A stretch of DNA of 64,000 nt. Source: Octopus sinensis. Lineage: Eukaryota. Below, one piece after another: positions 1-12,150 of this stretch (the first letter of the stretch is position 1; every line of letters begins with the position of its first letter). The position numbers and the translations under genes are program-made. Where the stretch lies: assembly GCF_006345805.1 (NCBI RefSeq), contig NC_043017.1, positions 19,592,001 through 19,656,000 on the forward strand. Direction: 5' to 3'. The notes below the pieces were generated by a model, which saw only the letters and a list, made by a program, of their open reading frames with translations, was not told the DNA's origin and made no database searches.

Positions 1-305
1 GTTCTGCCACTTCACCAAACTGGTTTGGTGTTATTTTTATCAATCCTGAAAAGATGAAAGATCTCGGCAAGATTTGAACTCAGAATGCAAAGAAACAGAA
101 CAAAAACTGCAGTGAGGCTGGTCTGGATACTACGACAGTTCCGCCAATTCCCCATGTCGGATTGGCGGTCCTATTTTACTGACACTGAAAGGGTCAAAAA
201 TAGAGGTGACCTCGGCAAGACTTGAATTCAGAACTAAGAAAATTGAGACAAATATCACAAAGCATTTTGTCAGATGCTCTACTGACTCAACTGATTTGCT
301 ACTAT
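1..305 (-). mobile_element. Two degenerate copies of tRNA-derived SINE family 'B'
   Basis: Diverged matches to the family-B motif (…gaaaagatgaaag…ctcggcaagatttgaactcagaa…) seen in about 20 other places in the window. Confidence 0.6.
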
Positions 306-1424
306 TGTAGAATGGGAAGCAAAGAGGAAAATTCATGATTGGGAAGTGAGCTTCTTAGCTATTTGACCATATTTGGCACAGCCAGTACAAATACAATCAC
401 ACACACACACATATATATATATACATGCACACATACACACACATCCTGGGATGTATATTTACTATTTGTATATTAGCAGTGATTTCCTGTTTGGCTCAAG
501 TATTACGAGAAGAATTCAATGATATTTACAATATTATATTGGTAAACTAGGAAGAAAAAAAAAAGGAAAAAGAAAAAGTAAACAATGAAGGAAAACAGGA
601 GTCCTCCACTTCTCAAATAATATTTCACAAAATATTGAAAAATATTTTATTTATAAGGACTGCCAACAGGGAACATAGCTCATTAATTCTGATTATTTTA
701 GCAACCAAAACCAAACACCCACACCCACACACACACCATTCACATGAATAAGCAAAGCTATAGAAACAGTCTATAATTCAACCGTGACTGGAACAATTCC
801 CCGAATGGTAATTGTCAGCAGATAAACGTCAACCTGTCTGCCTATATTTTACAAGAGTTAAAACCCCAAAACAAAGTTCATTTTTTCATTGTTTTTATTG
901 TTATTTTTCTTATTGTTTAGCTTCGGGTCAGCAGTTCCGATCCATCTCATATTTTATTAAAGACATTATGGTGTGATTTGACAGAGCTCTTGCTGCTATT
1001 TCAAGTAATAGGAATGGCCATACAGAGACTCCTCCTATCGGTTCATATGATGTAAGTAATATAAAATCTCTGTAGTTATCTAAGCTCTTGCTAGACCCTG
1101 ACCTGTCAAACCTTTTAAAGGTAAGTTGAAGACTAAGGGAGATTTGGCTGCTGCTTCTAATCAGTCAACCGATGCCCACATAGTAGCTATGTTGCATTCT
1201 TAGAGGCTTCTCATCATTTTTATAATTCTTATATTGCGATAAAAAAAAACCGCCAAAAACATCTGATTTTATTAAAGAATATCTAGATTTTACCTGAATC
1301 TGGTCGTGCTACTTCATGCTAAAAACCTAATTAGAAATAATTATTAATAAGAATTTTATAAAATATTAACTAATGACTGGCATCATTTTAATTATTTCTC
1401 TAAGTACAAGAAACAACTCTATGC

Positions 1425-1560
1425 TTCTATCATACACACCCTTAAGTAGTTAAGTAATGAAATACAGGATCGACTTGCAGCTGGCTGAGTGGGTAAGTCA
1501 TCAGGTTACTACCAACAAGGTCAACTGGTTATGTTCTGGTACAGGCGCAATGGTGTGTCC
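1425..1560 (+). repeat. Left arm of a 136-bp near-perfect inverted repeat
   Basis: Reverse complement of 2488-2623 at 134/136 positions; mismatches are G1533/T2515 and G1547/T2501. Confidence 0.95.
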
Positions 1561-1666
1561 AAAGTCAGCTCATCAGCAAAGTACAGACTTCACTATACTT
1601 GTTCAAAGTAATGCTGAATCACTAATACAAAGACTGTGTGTGAGGTGGTGTACAAAACAGAATGGC

Positions 1667-1900
1667 TTAACCCTTTCTTTGCAATGATTTCTGTTAAAAT
1701 ACACTGCCTCTGTTTTAATTACTAAGAAAACAATGAAAAAAATCTAGTATAAAAAAGTTTGTCGTTGTTAAGCCGGAATCTGGAACAGGAATAAGCAGGA
1801 AATTTTGATGAAAGATTGTAATTTAGATCACTTTAAAGCAAGAAGCTTTCTACCACAGAACCAGGGATGGTCTTTGGAGGATTGGCATTAAAAGGGTCAA
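1667..1900. mobile_element. piggyBac-like MITE family 'E' (TTAA-CCCTTT…AAAGGG-TCAA), degenerate
   Basis: TTAA|CCCTTTC at 1667, AAAGGG|TCAA at 1900. Internal sequence is the diverged reverse complement of the copies at 24626-25341. Confidence 0.7.
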
Positions 1901-1969
1901 ACAGATAAATGTAAATTGGAAATTAAGCTGTGATTAACATTATCATTGCTGTTTATTCCCAAGTCAGTC

Positions 1970-2197
1970 TTAACCTTTTTGTTAGGATATTTCTGGCGAA
2001 ATACACTGAAATACACTATCTTTGTTTCAATTACTTCAGAAAATAATTCCTGAATTTAATAAAATAATTTTGTCATTATGAATGAACCTGGTGTCAGAAA
2101 CATAAATTAACATTTTGATGGAAGTTTTTTTAATTAAGATCAATTTAAACAAGGAGTTTGCATCATAGAAACACAAGGGTGGTCTCAAAAGGGTTAA
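1970..2197. mobile_element. piggyBac-like MITE family 'E'
   Basis: TTAA|CCTTTTTG at 1970, CAAAAGGG|TTAA ending at 2197. Shares the internal aaatacact…cataaattaac…ttttgatggaag motif. Confidence 0.75.
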
Positions 2198-2487
2198 AGA
2201 ATAAATAATTCAGAGACACCATCTGCATAAAAACCAACAGTTAAGGCAGAGAGCTTTTAAATTTTAACCACTATTAAACCATTAAAAAAAAAAAAAACTA
2301 CAAAAAAAAAACAAAAACAAATATCAAAACAAGACAAACAATACTTCTAATGAACAGACTGTTCATGCATTTAAATTAATTTTTAATTAATATGATCAAG
2401 ATTTTGGGAGCAGTTGTATTAAAATATCTGTATCTACGACTAGGTAGACTGAGCCAACAGCCAACAACATTTAAATAACTCGACCAT

Positions 2488-2623
2488 GGACACACCATTG
2501 TGCCTGTACCAGAATATAACCAGTTGACCTTGTTGGTAGTAACCTGATGACTTACCCACTCAGCCAGCTGCAAGTCGATCCTGTATTTCATTACTTAACT
2601 ACTTAAGGGTGTGTATGATAGAA
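2488..2623 (-). repeat. Right arm of the 136-bp inverted repeat
   Basis: Pairs with 1425-1560 across a 927-bp spacer; no TSD outside the arms. Confidence 0.95.
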
Positions 2624-2709
2624 ATTGAGGCACAGTTCCTTAGGGATTAATCATCTAAGAGGTTCAGAATCTTAGATATAAGATTCATAAAATGATTTAC
2701 TAAAAGGCC

Positions 2710-3130
2710 TGCGTGTATGTATTTGTTTATATGTATGCATGTGAGTGTATGCATGTATGTGTGTAAATGAATATGTATTTACATATTTATATACATGACT
2801 ACGTGGATATACATATACATACATACTTACATACATACTGTATATGGTGATACATGTGTATGAGTATAAATTATATAAATATATATATAATCTACATGTA
2901 TATGATTATACATGTGTTTATATATATGTGTAAATGTTTATACATGTGTGTGTTTTATATATGTTATATATATATATATATATATATTAACACACACACA
3001 CATATATATATAGATATTTATGCATAGATATGTATGTGTATGAGTGTACACATGTATCCATGACTAGGTATGTGAGTGTGTGTGTAAACATGCATGTGTG
3101 TACATGCACATGTACACATGCACCGAAGCA
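2710..3130. repeat. Compound (TA)/(TG)/(CA) microsatellite field
   Basis: Direct inspection. Confidence 0.9.
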
Positions 3131-3495
3131 CGTGTTTGCATACAATGAGGCTGCACTGTTGTCAAAGTCAACAGTACCCCCCTTCCGCAATACCCCCACC
3201 CTCCCGCACGTTCCATCCCACCACCAAAGAAAAAGTAAGAAAAGCAGAAACAAAAGACAACAACAACAACAACTAACGATTCTCATTTGAATAAAGAGAA
3301 GATAATTCATTTTGAAGAAACAGAATACATCTTGAGGAGGTGGAGGAGGAGGAGGAGGAGGAGGATGTCTGGTCATTGTTGCAGAGAGAATTATGAGGTT
3401 TTTATTTATATGTTGTTGTTGTTGTTGTTGTAGCTGTAGTCGATGCAGTAGTGGTGGTTGTTGTCGTTATTGTTGTTGCCGCTGCTTTATAATTT

Positions 3496-3531
<36 letters not shown>

Positions 3532-3543
3532 TATTATTATTAT

Positions 3544-3659
3544 TATGGTTTCAAAGTCTGAAAGGAGAAAGCAACTCAATTATATCGACCCCAGTACTTG
3601 ACTATTACTTTATTTTATTGGACCCCAAAATGATAAAATGCAAAGTTGACTATCGTAAG

Positions 3660-3708
<49 letters not shown>

Positions 3709-4330
3709 TTTACAAAAGGTACAAGGCCTGAAATTTGCAAGTGGGGGTGGGGTGGGGGTGTAAGCCGATCACACTGAGCCCAGTACTTGACTGGTACTTA
3801 ATTCATTGATCCCAAATGGATGAAAGGCAAAGTTGACCTTGGTGGAATTTGAACTCAGAATGTAAAGACAGGTGAAATACTGCTAAGCACTTTGCCGGGC
3901 TTGCTAATTACTCTACCAGCTTGCCGCCCGAACAACAACAACAACAACAACAACAACCCTTTTTACTAAAAGCACTAGGTCTGAAATGTTGGAGAAAGGG
4001 ACTGGTCGATTACACTGACCCTAGTACTCAACTGGTCCTTATTTTACTCACCCCCAAAACAATGACAGGGAAAGTTGATATCAGTGGAATTTGAACTCTG
4101 AACATAAAGGCGAACGAAAGGCCACCTCGAAAGGCAGTTCATTTCATCATCCCTTGAGGGATGAAAAGTAAAGTTAACTCTGATGGGATTTGAACTGCAG
4201 ACCCGGAGAGCCTTGGACAACTACCACCAGAAGAAAAAAAAAAGAAAAACAAAATCCCAAATCTGCTCCAAAAAATCAAAATAAAGAACATTTTGTCATG
4301 GCACTAATGACTCTACCAAATTCCCACCTT
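3544..4330 (-). mobile_element. Head-to-tail cluster of about 5 SINE family 'B' copies separated by (AAT)n/(AAC)n
   Basis: Repeated ccccagtacttgactggtactt…gaaaggcaaagttgacc…gaatttgaactcag. The reverse complement has A-box-like TGGCAGAATCG and B-box GAGTTCAAATTCC, and the central GCCTTTCATCCTTT…GGTCGATAAAATAAGTACCAG resembles (from recollection) the Meta/Sauria-type SINE domain. Confidence 0.85.
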
Positions 4331-4637
4331 AATGAATGACGATAATGATGATGATGATAATGATGGTTTTGATAATGATATCTATGGCAATGATGACGAT
4401 GACCACCACATTAACTGATAGGAGAGGGTCCCTAAATTAAGGCAAACGAAAACAAAAAGCATAACAAACCATCAGGTAATTGAATCTATCTCATTATTGT
4501 TGGGACCTAATCAAAGTGTCCAATGAATATTCGGGCTCCATCTCTTCCTCTTCTTCCCCATCTTCCATTTCAGTTTTTTTTACATTAACATGAGAATGAA
4601 AGCTAAGGGACCATATTATTATTACTATTAGTATTAC

Positions 4638-4688
<51 letters not shown>

Positions 4689-5118
4689 TGTCCTTCAATT
4701 TTTTTTTCGTTTTTTGTGCTTTTTTAAACCGCTTTGTGCACTTTTAACCAACCAATATCACTGATATTACAACCCCATCCTTTGATTTATAGACATCCTC
4801 CCACCCACTTCATATACATACATATCCATACATACATATATATATATATCCAGATATACACACACTAATGTGCATGCATGCATGCGATAATTATTTATTT
4901 CAAACATTAGGGAAAAAAAAAAAATTAATTCTGGAAAAAAAGAAAGAAAAGGAGACAACAAAATTTTCTTCAGCGAATGAAATGAACAGCAATGACTCAC
5001 TATATAAGGCAAGAAAAGGACACTGTATATTATATATATATACACATACATACAAAGTGTATGTATATATATATTAACACTCAAACATAAATTTATACTC
5101 ACACATACATATGCAGAA

Positions 5119-5176
<58 letters not shown>

Positions 5177-5331
5177 CAAATGCCATGTATGTATCTATGT
5201 ACGTATGTGTGCATGTATATGTGTGTATATATATATATGTGTGTATATATATATGTGTGTATATAATATGCATGCATGCATACACACACATTATTACTGA
5301 TCTGAAACAATGGAGACCAAAAACAATGTAA

Positions 5332-5365
<34 letters not shown>

Positions 5366-5865
5366 CATAGTAGGAGGAGGAGAAGAAGTTGAAGAACAGT
5401 ATCAGATGGTGCGTATATGTGTGTGTGTGTGTGGTGGCAGGGTAGGATGAACTGAAGGTGGTGGTGGTGGTGGTGAAGTATCTGATATAAAGACCACAAG
5501 GAAAGCAATAAGGACAGCAACCGAAGGGTGTCCCTCGTCCCCTGATGTAACTTTTGGGCCGAAAGAGAGAGAGAGGAAGTCCAATTTCCTCTGTGAAGTT
5601 TATACAATCAACATGAAAATAATAAATCAGCAGAAATGTCTTCTTTGTTATGTGTGTGAGTGTACGGGCATATTGTTTTACATGTGTGCGTGTGGTTCAT
5701 TGGTGATGTATATGTGTGCGTGTATGTGGGTATATAGCTGTGTGTGAGTGTTAGTAAGAAAGAGAGAGAGAAAAAATGAGACAGATATAATGGTGTAGAG
5801 AGACTGAGAGAGAGAAAATATATGGAGACAAATAGAGAAAGAAATACAGAAAGGGAGAACAAAGT

Positions 5866-6035
<170 letters not shown>

Positions 6036-6188
6036 GAGGTTATATTTGGGGCTAGTTAAAAGAAATTCTGGTCCTTTTATGTGGTGATATCATAGGAAGT
6101 AAGAAAGTCCATGAGAAGGGTTGAAGTAAGGATTTCAATGAAAGAAGGTGATTTAAATAAACATTACACACACATATATATATGTATG

Positions 6189-6219
<31 letters not shown>

Positions 6220-6295
6220 CTACACACACACAAATGGAGAACAGACTGATGATTTTTCAGTTTCCTTTTAGACATACAGTATTGGTATACATGTC

Positions 6296-6327
<32 letters not shown>

Positions 6328-7807
6328 CATATCACCACCTCATTTCTTTCAACCTTTCTCAGAAGACAGGAGTGGGTGACATACATGGACAGACACACAC
6401 ATATATACATATATATAATACACACGCACGCATACGTGTGTGTATATGTGCATGTACACAACTCCTGCAAGTTGATTACTTATCATTGCTTCCGAAATTT
6501 TATTTTTACAGGCAAAGTCCCAAGACTTAAGGATGAGAGCAGATCACAGACCACGGAGGCACAGTCGATGTTTTGGGGTCTACCAGTTTGGTAAGCTGAT
6601 CAACCTAACCCTAATGTACCCCTATTTCCCAAACCCGAACCCCTTACCCTAACTCATCCCTGAAACACATCTAAAAAGGCCCCCATGTTTATGTAGATTA
6701 ATTACTATGATAACATTCGTAATTAGCAGTGATGCTTGTATTAACGAGACGGAAGATAATGTACCAAAGACATTTTGTTCCCTCAGGCAGTTAAACACAC
6801 AAGGAATGTGGTATGGCATATCTTTAGCGACTTACAGTGTGGATAAAGTAAATGAAAACTGAATCATTTCCTGATTTTTCAGCAAAAATAAATGCTTCAG
6901 TGACGGGGTTATGTATGTATGATGATTTGTCAATCCTTTCAGCTTGTAACAAGACTTGGATGGTGGCCTTGTCTTCTCTGCTATAGCATTGCCACCAGAC
7001 AGAAAGGTTTAATGATAAGGCCAGCTGTAATGTCTGAGGATAACTGGTGTATGTGTGTGTGTGGGGTGAGGGAGAGAGAGAGAGAGAGAGAAGAACATAA
7101 AGCTAGAGGAAGATAGAGAGACAGAGATAGAGAGAGTTAGAAAAAAGAGATAAAGAGAGGAACAGTGAAAAGAGAGAATGCAAATAGAGAGAGAGACAGA
7201 GAGAGATGAAAGAGAAAGGGAGAGAAGAAAAAGAGATAAATAGTGAATACAGACGGAAGAGAGAGAGAGAGAGAGAGAGAGGGGGAGAGAGAGAGAGGGA
7301 TGGGGAAGGGAAGAAGCCAAGAGCTGTCAGAAAATAATAGTTTGATGCAAGAATTCGGTCTTCCAAGGCTGATCTCTTCCCATTTATTTACTCTCAGGAA
7401 CTGCTTCAAGACTTTTCAACTCAGCACCAAAGTTGTTAATAACAGCCATAACAGGCATGGGGGAGAAAAGATGAAAAAAAAAAAAAAAAAAAAGATTGAT
7501 AAGGAATCAAACAGATAGAGTCTAAATATATGATGGAAAGCACTGTCGCTGGTTAATATCAGAAAAATCGCAGACTTTCTCAGACTTGAAAACAAAAAAG
7601 GAAGCCAAAAATGAATTGCTTACATCATGGAGAATATAACACAGTATTTTCAACATATAAATTGCAGAATGGCAAACAGCAGAAAGAAGAGCCGTTGTGT
7701 AATATGTGTTGTCATCTGTCGACATTGTTGAGAGCAGGTGTGGGAATTACAAGTTAAAGACCTTTTAATGGCTTTATCAGTTTTATAATAATAATAATAA
7801 TAATAAT

Positions 7808-8220
7808 CATCACCATCATCATCATCATCGTTTAACGTCCATTTTCCATGCTAGCATGGGTTGGACGGTTCAACTGGGGTCTGGGAAGCCAGAAGGCTGC
7901 GCCAGGCTCCAATCTGATCTGGCAGTGTTTCTACAGCTGGATGCCCTTCCTAACGCCAACCACTCCGTGAGTGTAGTGGGTGCTTTTTACATGCCACCTG
8001 CACAGGTGCCAGACGAGGCTGGCAAACGGCCACAATCGGATGGTGCTTTTTACGTGCCACCGGTACGGGGTCCAGATGAGGCTGGCAAACGGCCACAATC
8101 GGATGGTGCTTCTTACGTGCCACTGGCACGGAGGCCAGTCGGGGCGGCGTTGGCAACGGCCACATTCGGATGGTTCTCTTACGTGCCACCGGCACTGGTA
8201 TCACAGTTACAATTTCCATT
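7808..8220 (-). mobile_element. SINE family 'D' with a V-domain-like core, (GAT)n tail and internal 63-bp tandem repeats
   Basis: The reverse complement contains GGTTGGCGTTAGGAAGGGCATCCAGCTGTAGAAAC, which resembles the DANA/V-SINE core. It ends …GCATGGAAAATGGACGTTAAAC(GAT)n. Internal units start at 7979, 8042, 8105 and 8172. Confidence 0.75.
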
Positions 8221-8850
8221 AAGCACAAGGTCTGAAATTTGGAAGGAAGGGACTCGTAGATTACGCCGACTCCAGTACTCAACTGGTACTTAATTTATCA
8301 ACTCTGAAAGTATGAAAGGCAAAGTCAACCTTGGCGGAATTTGAACTTGGATTGTGAAGACGGATGAAATACTGCTAAGCACTTTGCCTGGCATGCAAAG
8401 AGTTCTACCTGCTCACTGCCTTAATAATAATAATAATAATAATAATCCTTTTTAATATAAACACAAGGTCTGAAATTTGGGAAGAGGGCACTAGTCGATT
8501 ACACTGGTACTTAATTTATCAACCGTGAAAAGAGAAAAGGTAAAGTCAACCTTGGTGGAATTTGAACTCAGAATGTAAAGACAGATGAAATGTTGCTAAG
8601 TATTTTTTGTCCAATGTGCTAATGATTCTGCCAGATAATAATAATTTTTACTAACTTAGGCACAACCCACTACCACAGTAACTTCTTAAGTCAATGACAT
8701 CAACCCCAGTAATAGACTTGTATTTTATTTAATCAACCCTGAAAGGATGAAAGGCAAATAACACCTTCAAATTTTGGCACAAAGCCAGCAATTTTAGAGG
8801 GAATAGATTTGTCAATTAAATGGAACTAAGTATTTGACTGGTACAAACTT
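8221..8850 (-). mobile_element. Head-to-tail cluster of about 4 SINE family 'B' copies
   Basis: Copies at about 8221-8422, 8447-8635, 8646-8760 and 8765-8850, joined by (AAT)n. Confidence 0.85.
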
Positions 8851-8935
8851 TCTTGTTCTCACCCGTTTTTTAAAGTATGGAAAAAAATTAAAATTAAAAA
8901 CCCTCAAGAAAAAAAGAGATAATGACAAAGGAAGG

Positions 8936-8948
8936 AGGTCAAAGGTCA
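8936..8948 (+). promoter_or_regulatory. Perfect DR1 nuclear-receptor element AGGTCA-A-AGGTCA (candidate)
   Basis: Exact match to the HNF4/COUP-TF/RXR DR1 consensus; function not shown. Confidence 0.3.
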
Positions 8949-8954
8949 TAGAGA

Positions 8955-9110
8955 CGAACTTTCACATAAATTCTGCCAACCGGTTTCCACTTAAAAGATA
9001 TTGATCATCTCGAGACTTTAGTAGAAGACACTTGTCTCCAGATGTGTTATAGTGGTATTGAACCTTAAACCATGTGCTTTTGAAGCAAACCCCTTAACCA
9101 CACAGCCACC
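8955..9110 (-). mobile_element. SINE family 'A' 5' half (degenerate)
   Basis: agtagaagacacttg…gaacc…aaccatgtg…aaccacacagcc is the reverse complement of the family-A head. Confidence 0.7.
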
Positions 9111-9939
9111 ACCTCTCTACACTTCCCTAGAAAACTGATAAACATGTTTGTTGTGCTGCGTGAATGTCATAAAAGACGAGTTGTTTTTGTTGTCCAAGGA
9201 TGACATTTCACTTCAATGAGATCAATTTATGTACCATTATGCCAAGAGACTAAGAAAATAAAAATAAAAATGAAAGAAGAGCAAAGTCAGGAAAATAAAG
9301 GCTAAGAAGCTTGTCTTGGAACTATTAACTTCAAAGTGATTCCATCCAAACATCTATTGACCTTTTCCTTAGTTATCCATTGACAACTATAGCATTTCAC
9401 ACCCGTCTCCAGTTCAACTACACTGGATGTATATATATATATAAATATACATACACACACACACACACACACACATACATATATATATACACACACTGAA
9501 ACACACATATATGTTGCCTTTATCGTTGTTGTTGTCACAGATTCTTGGCATAGTATAGCATTTCTTAAAAAGAGCTTGCTCCATTTTCTGTCAATTAAGG
9601 AGATAGCTAGACAGAAAGATAGATAGATAGATAGCTCAACAAACAGATAGAGATATACATAATGTGATAAAAAGAAAGATGGAAAGAATGATAGATAAAG
9701 AGGCAGACGTATATATGAATGGATAGATAAGATGGACAATTAAATCAATTAAATATCATTATGGAAAGTGTGCTAGAAAGACACACACACACAGAAGCAT
9801 GGGTGTGTAGATATAGTCTTTGCTTTGTAACCCTATAATTTCAGACCCTATCCTGCCACATGACACATACTATAACCTTGGGTCAAGCTATGCTGTCCAA
9901 GTGAAACTGGTAGATGGATGGTAGCTACACACACACACA

Positions 9940-10097
9940 GGAGTGGCTGTATGGTGAGAAACCTGCTTTCGAACCATATGGTTCCAGGTTCAGTTTCCAC
10001 CGCATGCCACCTTGAGCAAGTGTCTTCTACTATAGCTTTGGGTTGACCAAAACCTTGTGAGTGGATTTGGTAGACAGAAACTAAAAGAAACCCATTG

Positions 10098-10130
<33 letters not shown>

Positions 10131-10515
10131 ATTTGTGTGTCTGCTCACCATCGCTTGACAACTGATGTTGGTGTGTTTACATCATCCCTGAAACTTAGCG
10201 GTTCAGCAAAAGAGACCGATACAAAAGGAAATCATGCTCAGAATGGTCAGTAGCAAGAGAGGAAGAAGCCGACCAAGAACCTGCTGGCTTGACACCATCA
10301 AGAGTGATACCGGAATGGACATAGCCAATCTGAAAGAAGCGGACGAGGGTAGAACTGACTGGAAGACACTGATCCAACGGGTAACCGAGAGTCGACTTCA
10401 ACTGAGCAGATAGATAGATAGATACAAAGAATAAGTCCTGGGGTCAGTTTGTTCAACTAAAGGCAGTACTCCAGCATGGCCGCAGTCAAATGACAAACAA
10501 GTAAAAGAATAAAAG
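9940..10515 (+). mobile_element. SINE family 'A' interrupted by an RTE fragment
   Basis: Head ggagtggctgtatgg at 9940. The 3' module resumes at 10421 and ends gtaaaagaataaaag. Confidence 0.85.
10226..10420 (+). mobile_element. 5'-truncated RTE-clade (BovB-like) LINE 3' end with (TAGA)n tail
   Basis: Translates QKEIMLRMVSSKRGRSRPRTCWLDTIKSDTGMDIANLKEADEGRTDWKTLIQRVTESRLQLSR*, matching the RTE ORF C-terminal pattern (K.IM.G…GKR.RGRP..RWLD.IK…W+.LV..VT.SR..L). Flanked by GATACAAA at 10218-10225 and 10421-10428. Confidence 0.9.
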
Positions 10516-10809
10516 CTGGATGATTCGATGGACAATAATTTGAAGGATTCAGAAGAATACTGATCCGAATATTGTTCCATGTGGCAGCGACTTGCGTTGG
10601 GAATTGAATTGATCATGTTTCAGGCTGGAGGAACCATTCCAAGAAATGAATCTAATAAAAGCATTTATAATTCAATTATGTGGTATAAAAGTGACTGTTA
10701 TATATCAGAGGGATATGGTTCTGAATATGATACTGAGGGAGAGGGGGGTGGGAAAGGATGGATATATATATACACACACACATATATATACACACACTCA
10801 TACACACTT

Positions 10810-10864
10810 CAATTAGAGTGATGGTGAGGGGGGATATATGCGTGTATGTATATTTATACAAATA

Positions 10865-10912
<48 letters not shown>

Positions 10913-10998
10913 TACACACACATACATATTTCAATTAGAGTGATGGTGAGGGGGGATATATGTGTGTATGTATATTTATACAAATGTGTGTGTGTGTG

Positions 10999-11030
<32 letters not shown>

Positions 11031-11075
11031 TGCATACATACATACCTCAATTAAAGTGATGGTGAGGGGGAGTAG
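10810..11075. repeat. About 120-bp tandem repeat (3 units) with internal (TA)n
   Basis: caatta(g/a)agtgatggtgaggggg at 10810, 10932 and 11048. Confidence 0.9.
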
Positions 11076-12080
11076 GGGGCAGTTATATGTGTGTATATAT
11101 AGATAATCCCAGGCCATCATGGAATATGGGCACAAAGTGATGATGATACATATATGTGTGTGTGTGTGCTCATGTGAATATGTATACATACACAAGCACA
11201 TGCCTACACTCAAACACACCGCACACACAGACCTATATAACTACATATAAACGTGTATGTGTAGGTATATATATACCTACATATATATATATATATAGAC
11301 ATAAGGAATGCTCTTAGATTTTAGAACATGATAACCCTAATTTTGGAATTTTTTTGTACAGTTGAAATTACCAATTCTAGAGCTAATTGGTTTTCTTCAT
11401 TTTCTGTGGGTGAAGGAAAGAAACTTTCAGCATTTTTAGAAGTAACTTTTACTCTTTTCCTTTCTTCTTTCATTTTTCATTGGTATCGGTGAATGGGTTG
11501 GTGAGGAAAATTTGTACTTAAAGTGTCAGTTATCATGTAACCATTACTAATGCAAACATGTAGAAGGAAATTATAGAATATTGGGCAAGACACATAACCT
11601 AATGATGGCCCCCTGTATATGGGGGCCTTTGGTGAAGAGAGATTTTAGTAAAGTACTTATGACAGCTGGTCTACCAATACATTTAGATTCTGTTTTGTTT
11701 TTTAAAAAAAATAATATATAGAGAAAGTTTCTTTTCCTCTTTAATGTATATTTATTTTTGTTTAGAGGCAATGGATTTTGAGACAGGAATAGCAACCCCA
11801 CCAAAACCCCACTAAAAAACAAAACAAAACTTTTATAGATTTGATGAACATAATTTGAAAGATAACCTCAAGATTTGTTTCATGTATGTAAATATATATA
11901 TATTTTTATATATATATACACTCACACACACATCAGCATGTTTTACTGTTATGGAATTTTTTCCTATGCATTTACTTTCTTTTAAACTTTTATCATTTTT
12001 TTAATATTTACTATTGAAAAACAAAAAAAAAATTTTGAAACTGATATTAATATCTATCTATCTACCTATCTATTTATCAC

Positions 12081-12150
<70 letters not shown>

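Noticed and set aside
1457-1687. Twin ORFs MKYRIDLQLAEWVSHQ… (1457 + and 2376-2591 -), and a GG|GTAAGT donor in the arms
   Set aside because: The duplication comes from the inverted repeat. The peptides diverge outside the arms and have no recognisable motif, and the upstream AG lacks a pyrimidine tract.
2544-2590. CTGATGA followed by a GACTT/AAGTC stem in the right IR arm as a possible hammerhead
   Set aside because: It is followed by GATC rather than GAAA, and there is no cleavage triplet or stem I.
3741-3760. G-quadruplex-like G-tracts (also at 36241-36256 and 21273-21286)
   Set aside because: They are variable G-runs within or next to SINE tails, with no independent support for function.
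6600-6660. CCCTAA-like telomeric motifs
   Set aside because: Only two or three scattered imperfect units; not an interstitial telomere array.
7380-7470. Possible exon (+ acceptor ctctcag|GAA; minus peptide MPVMAVINNFGAELKSLEAVPESK*)
   Set aside because: No matching donor on +, and no acceptor adjacent to the minus-strand pyrimidine tract; the peptide is unrecognisable.
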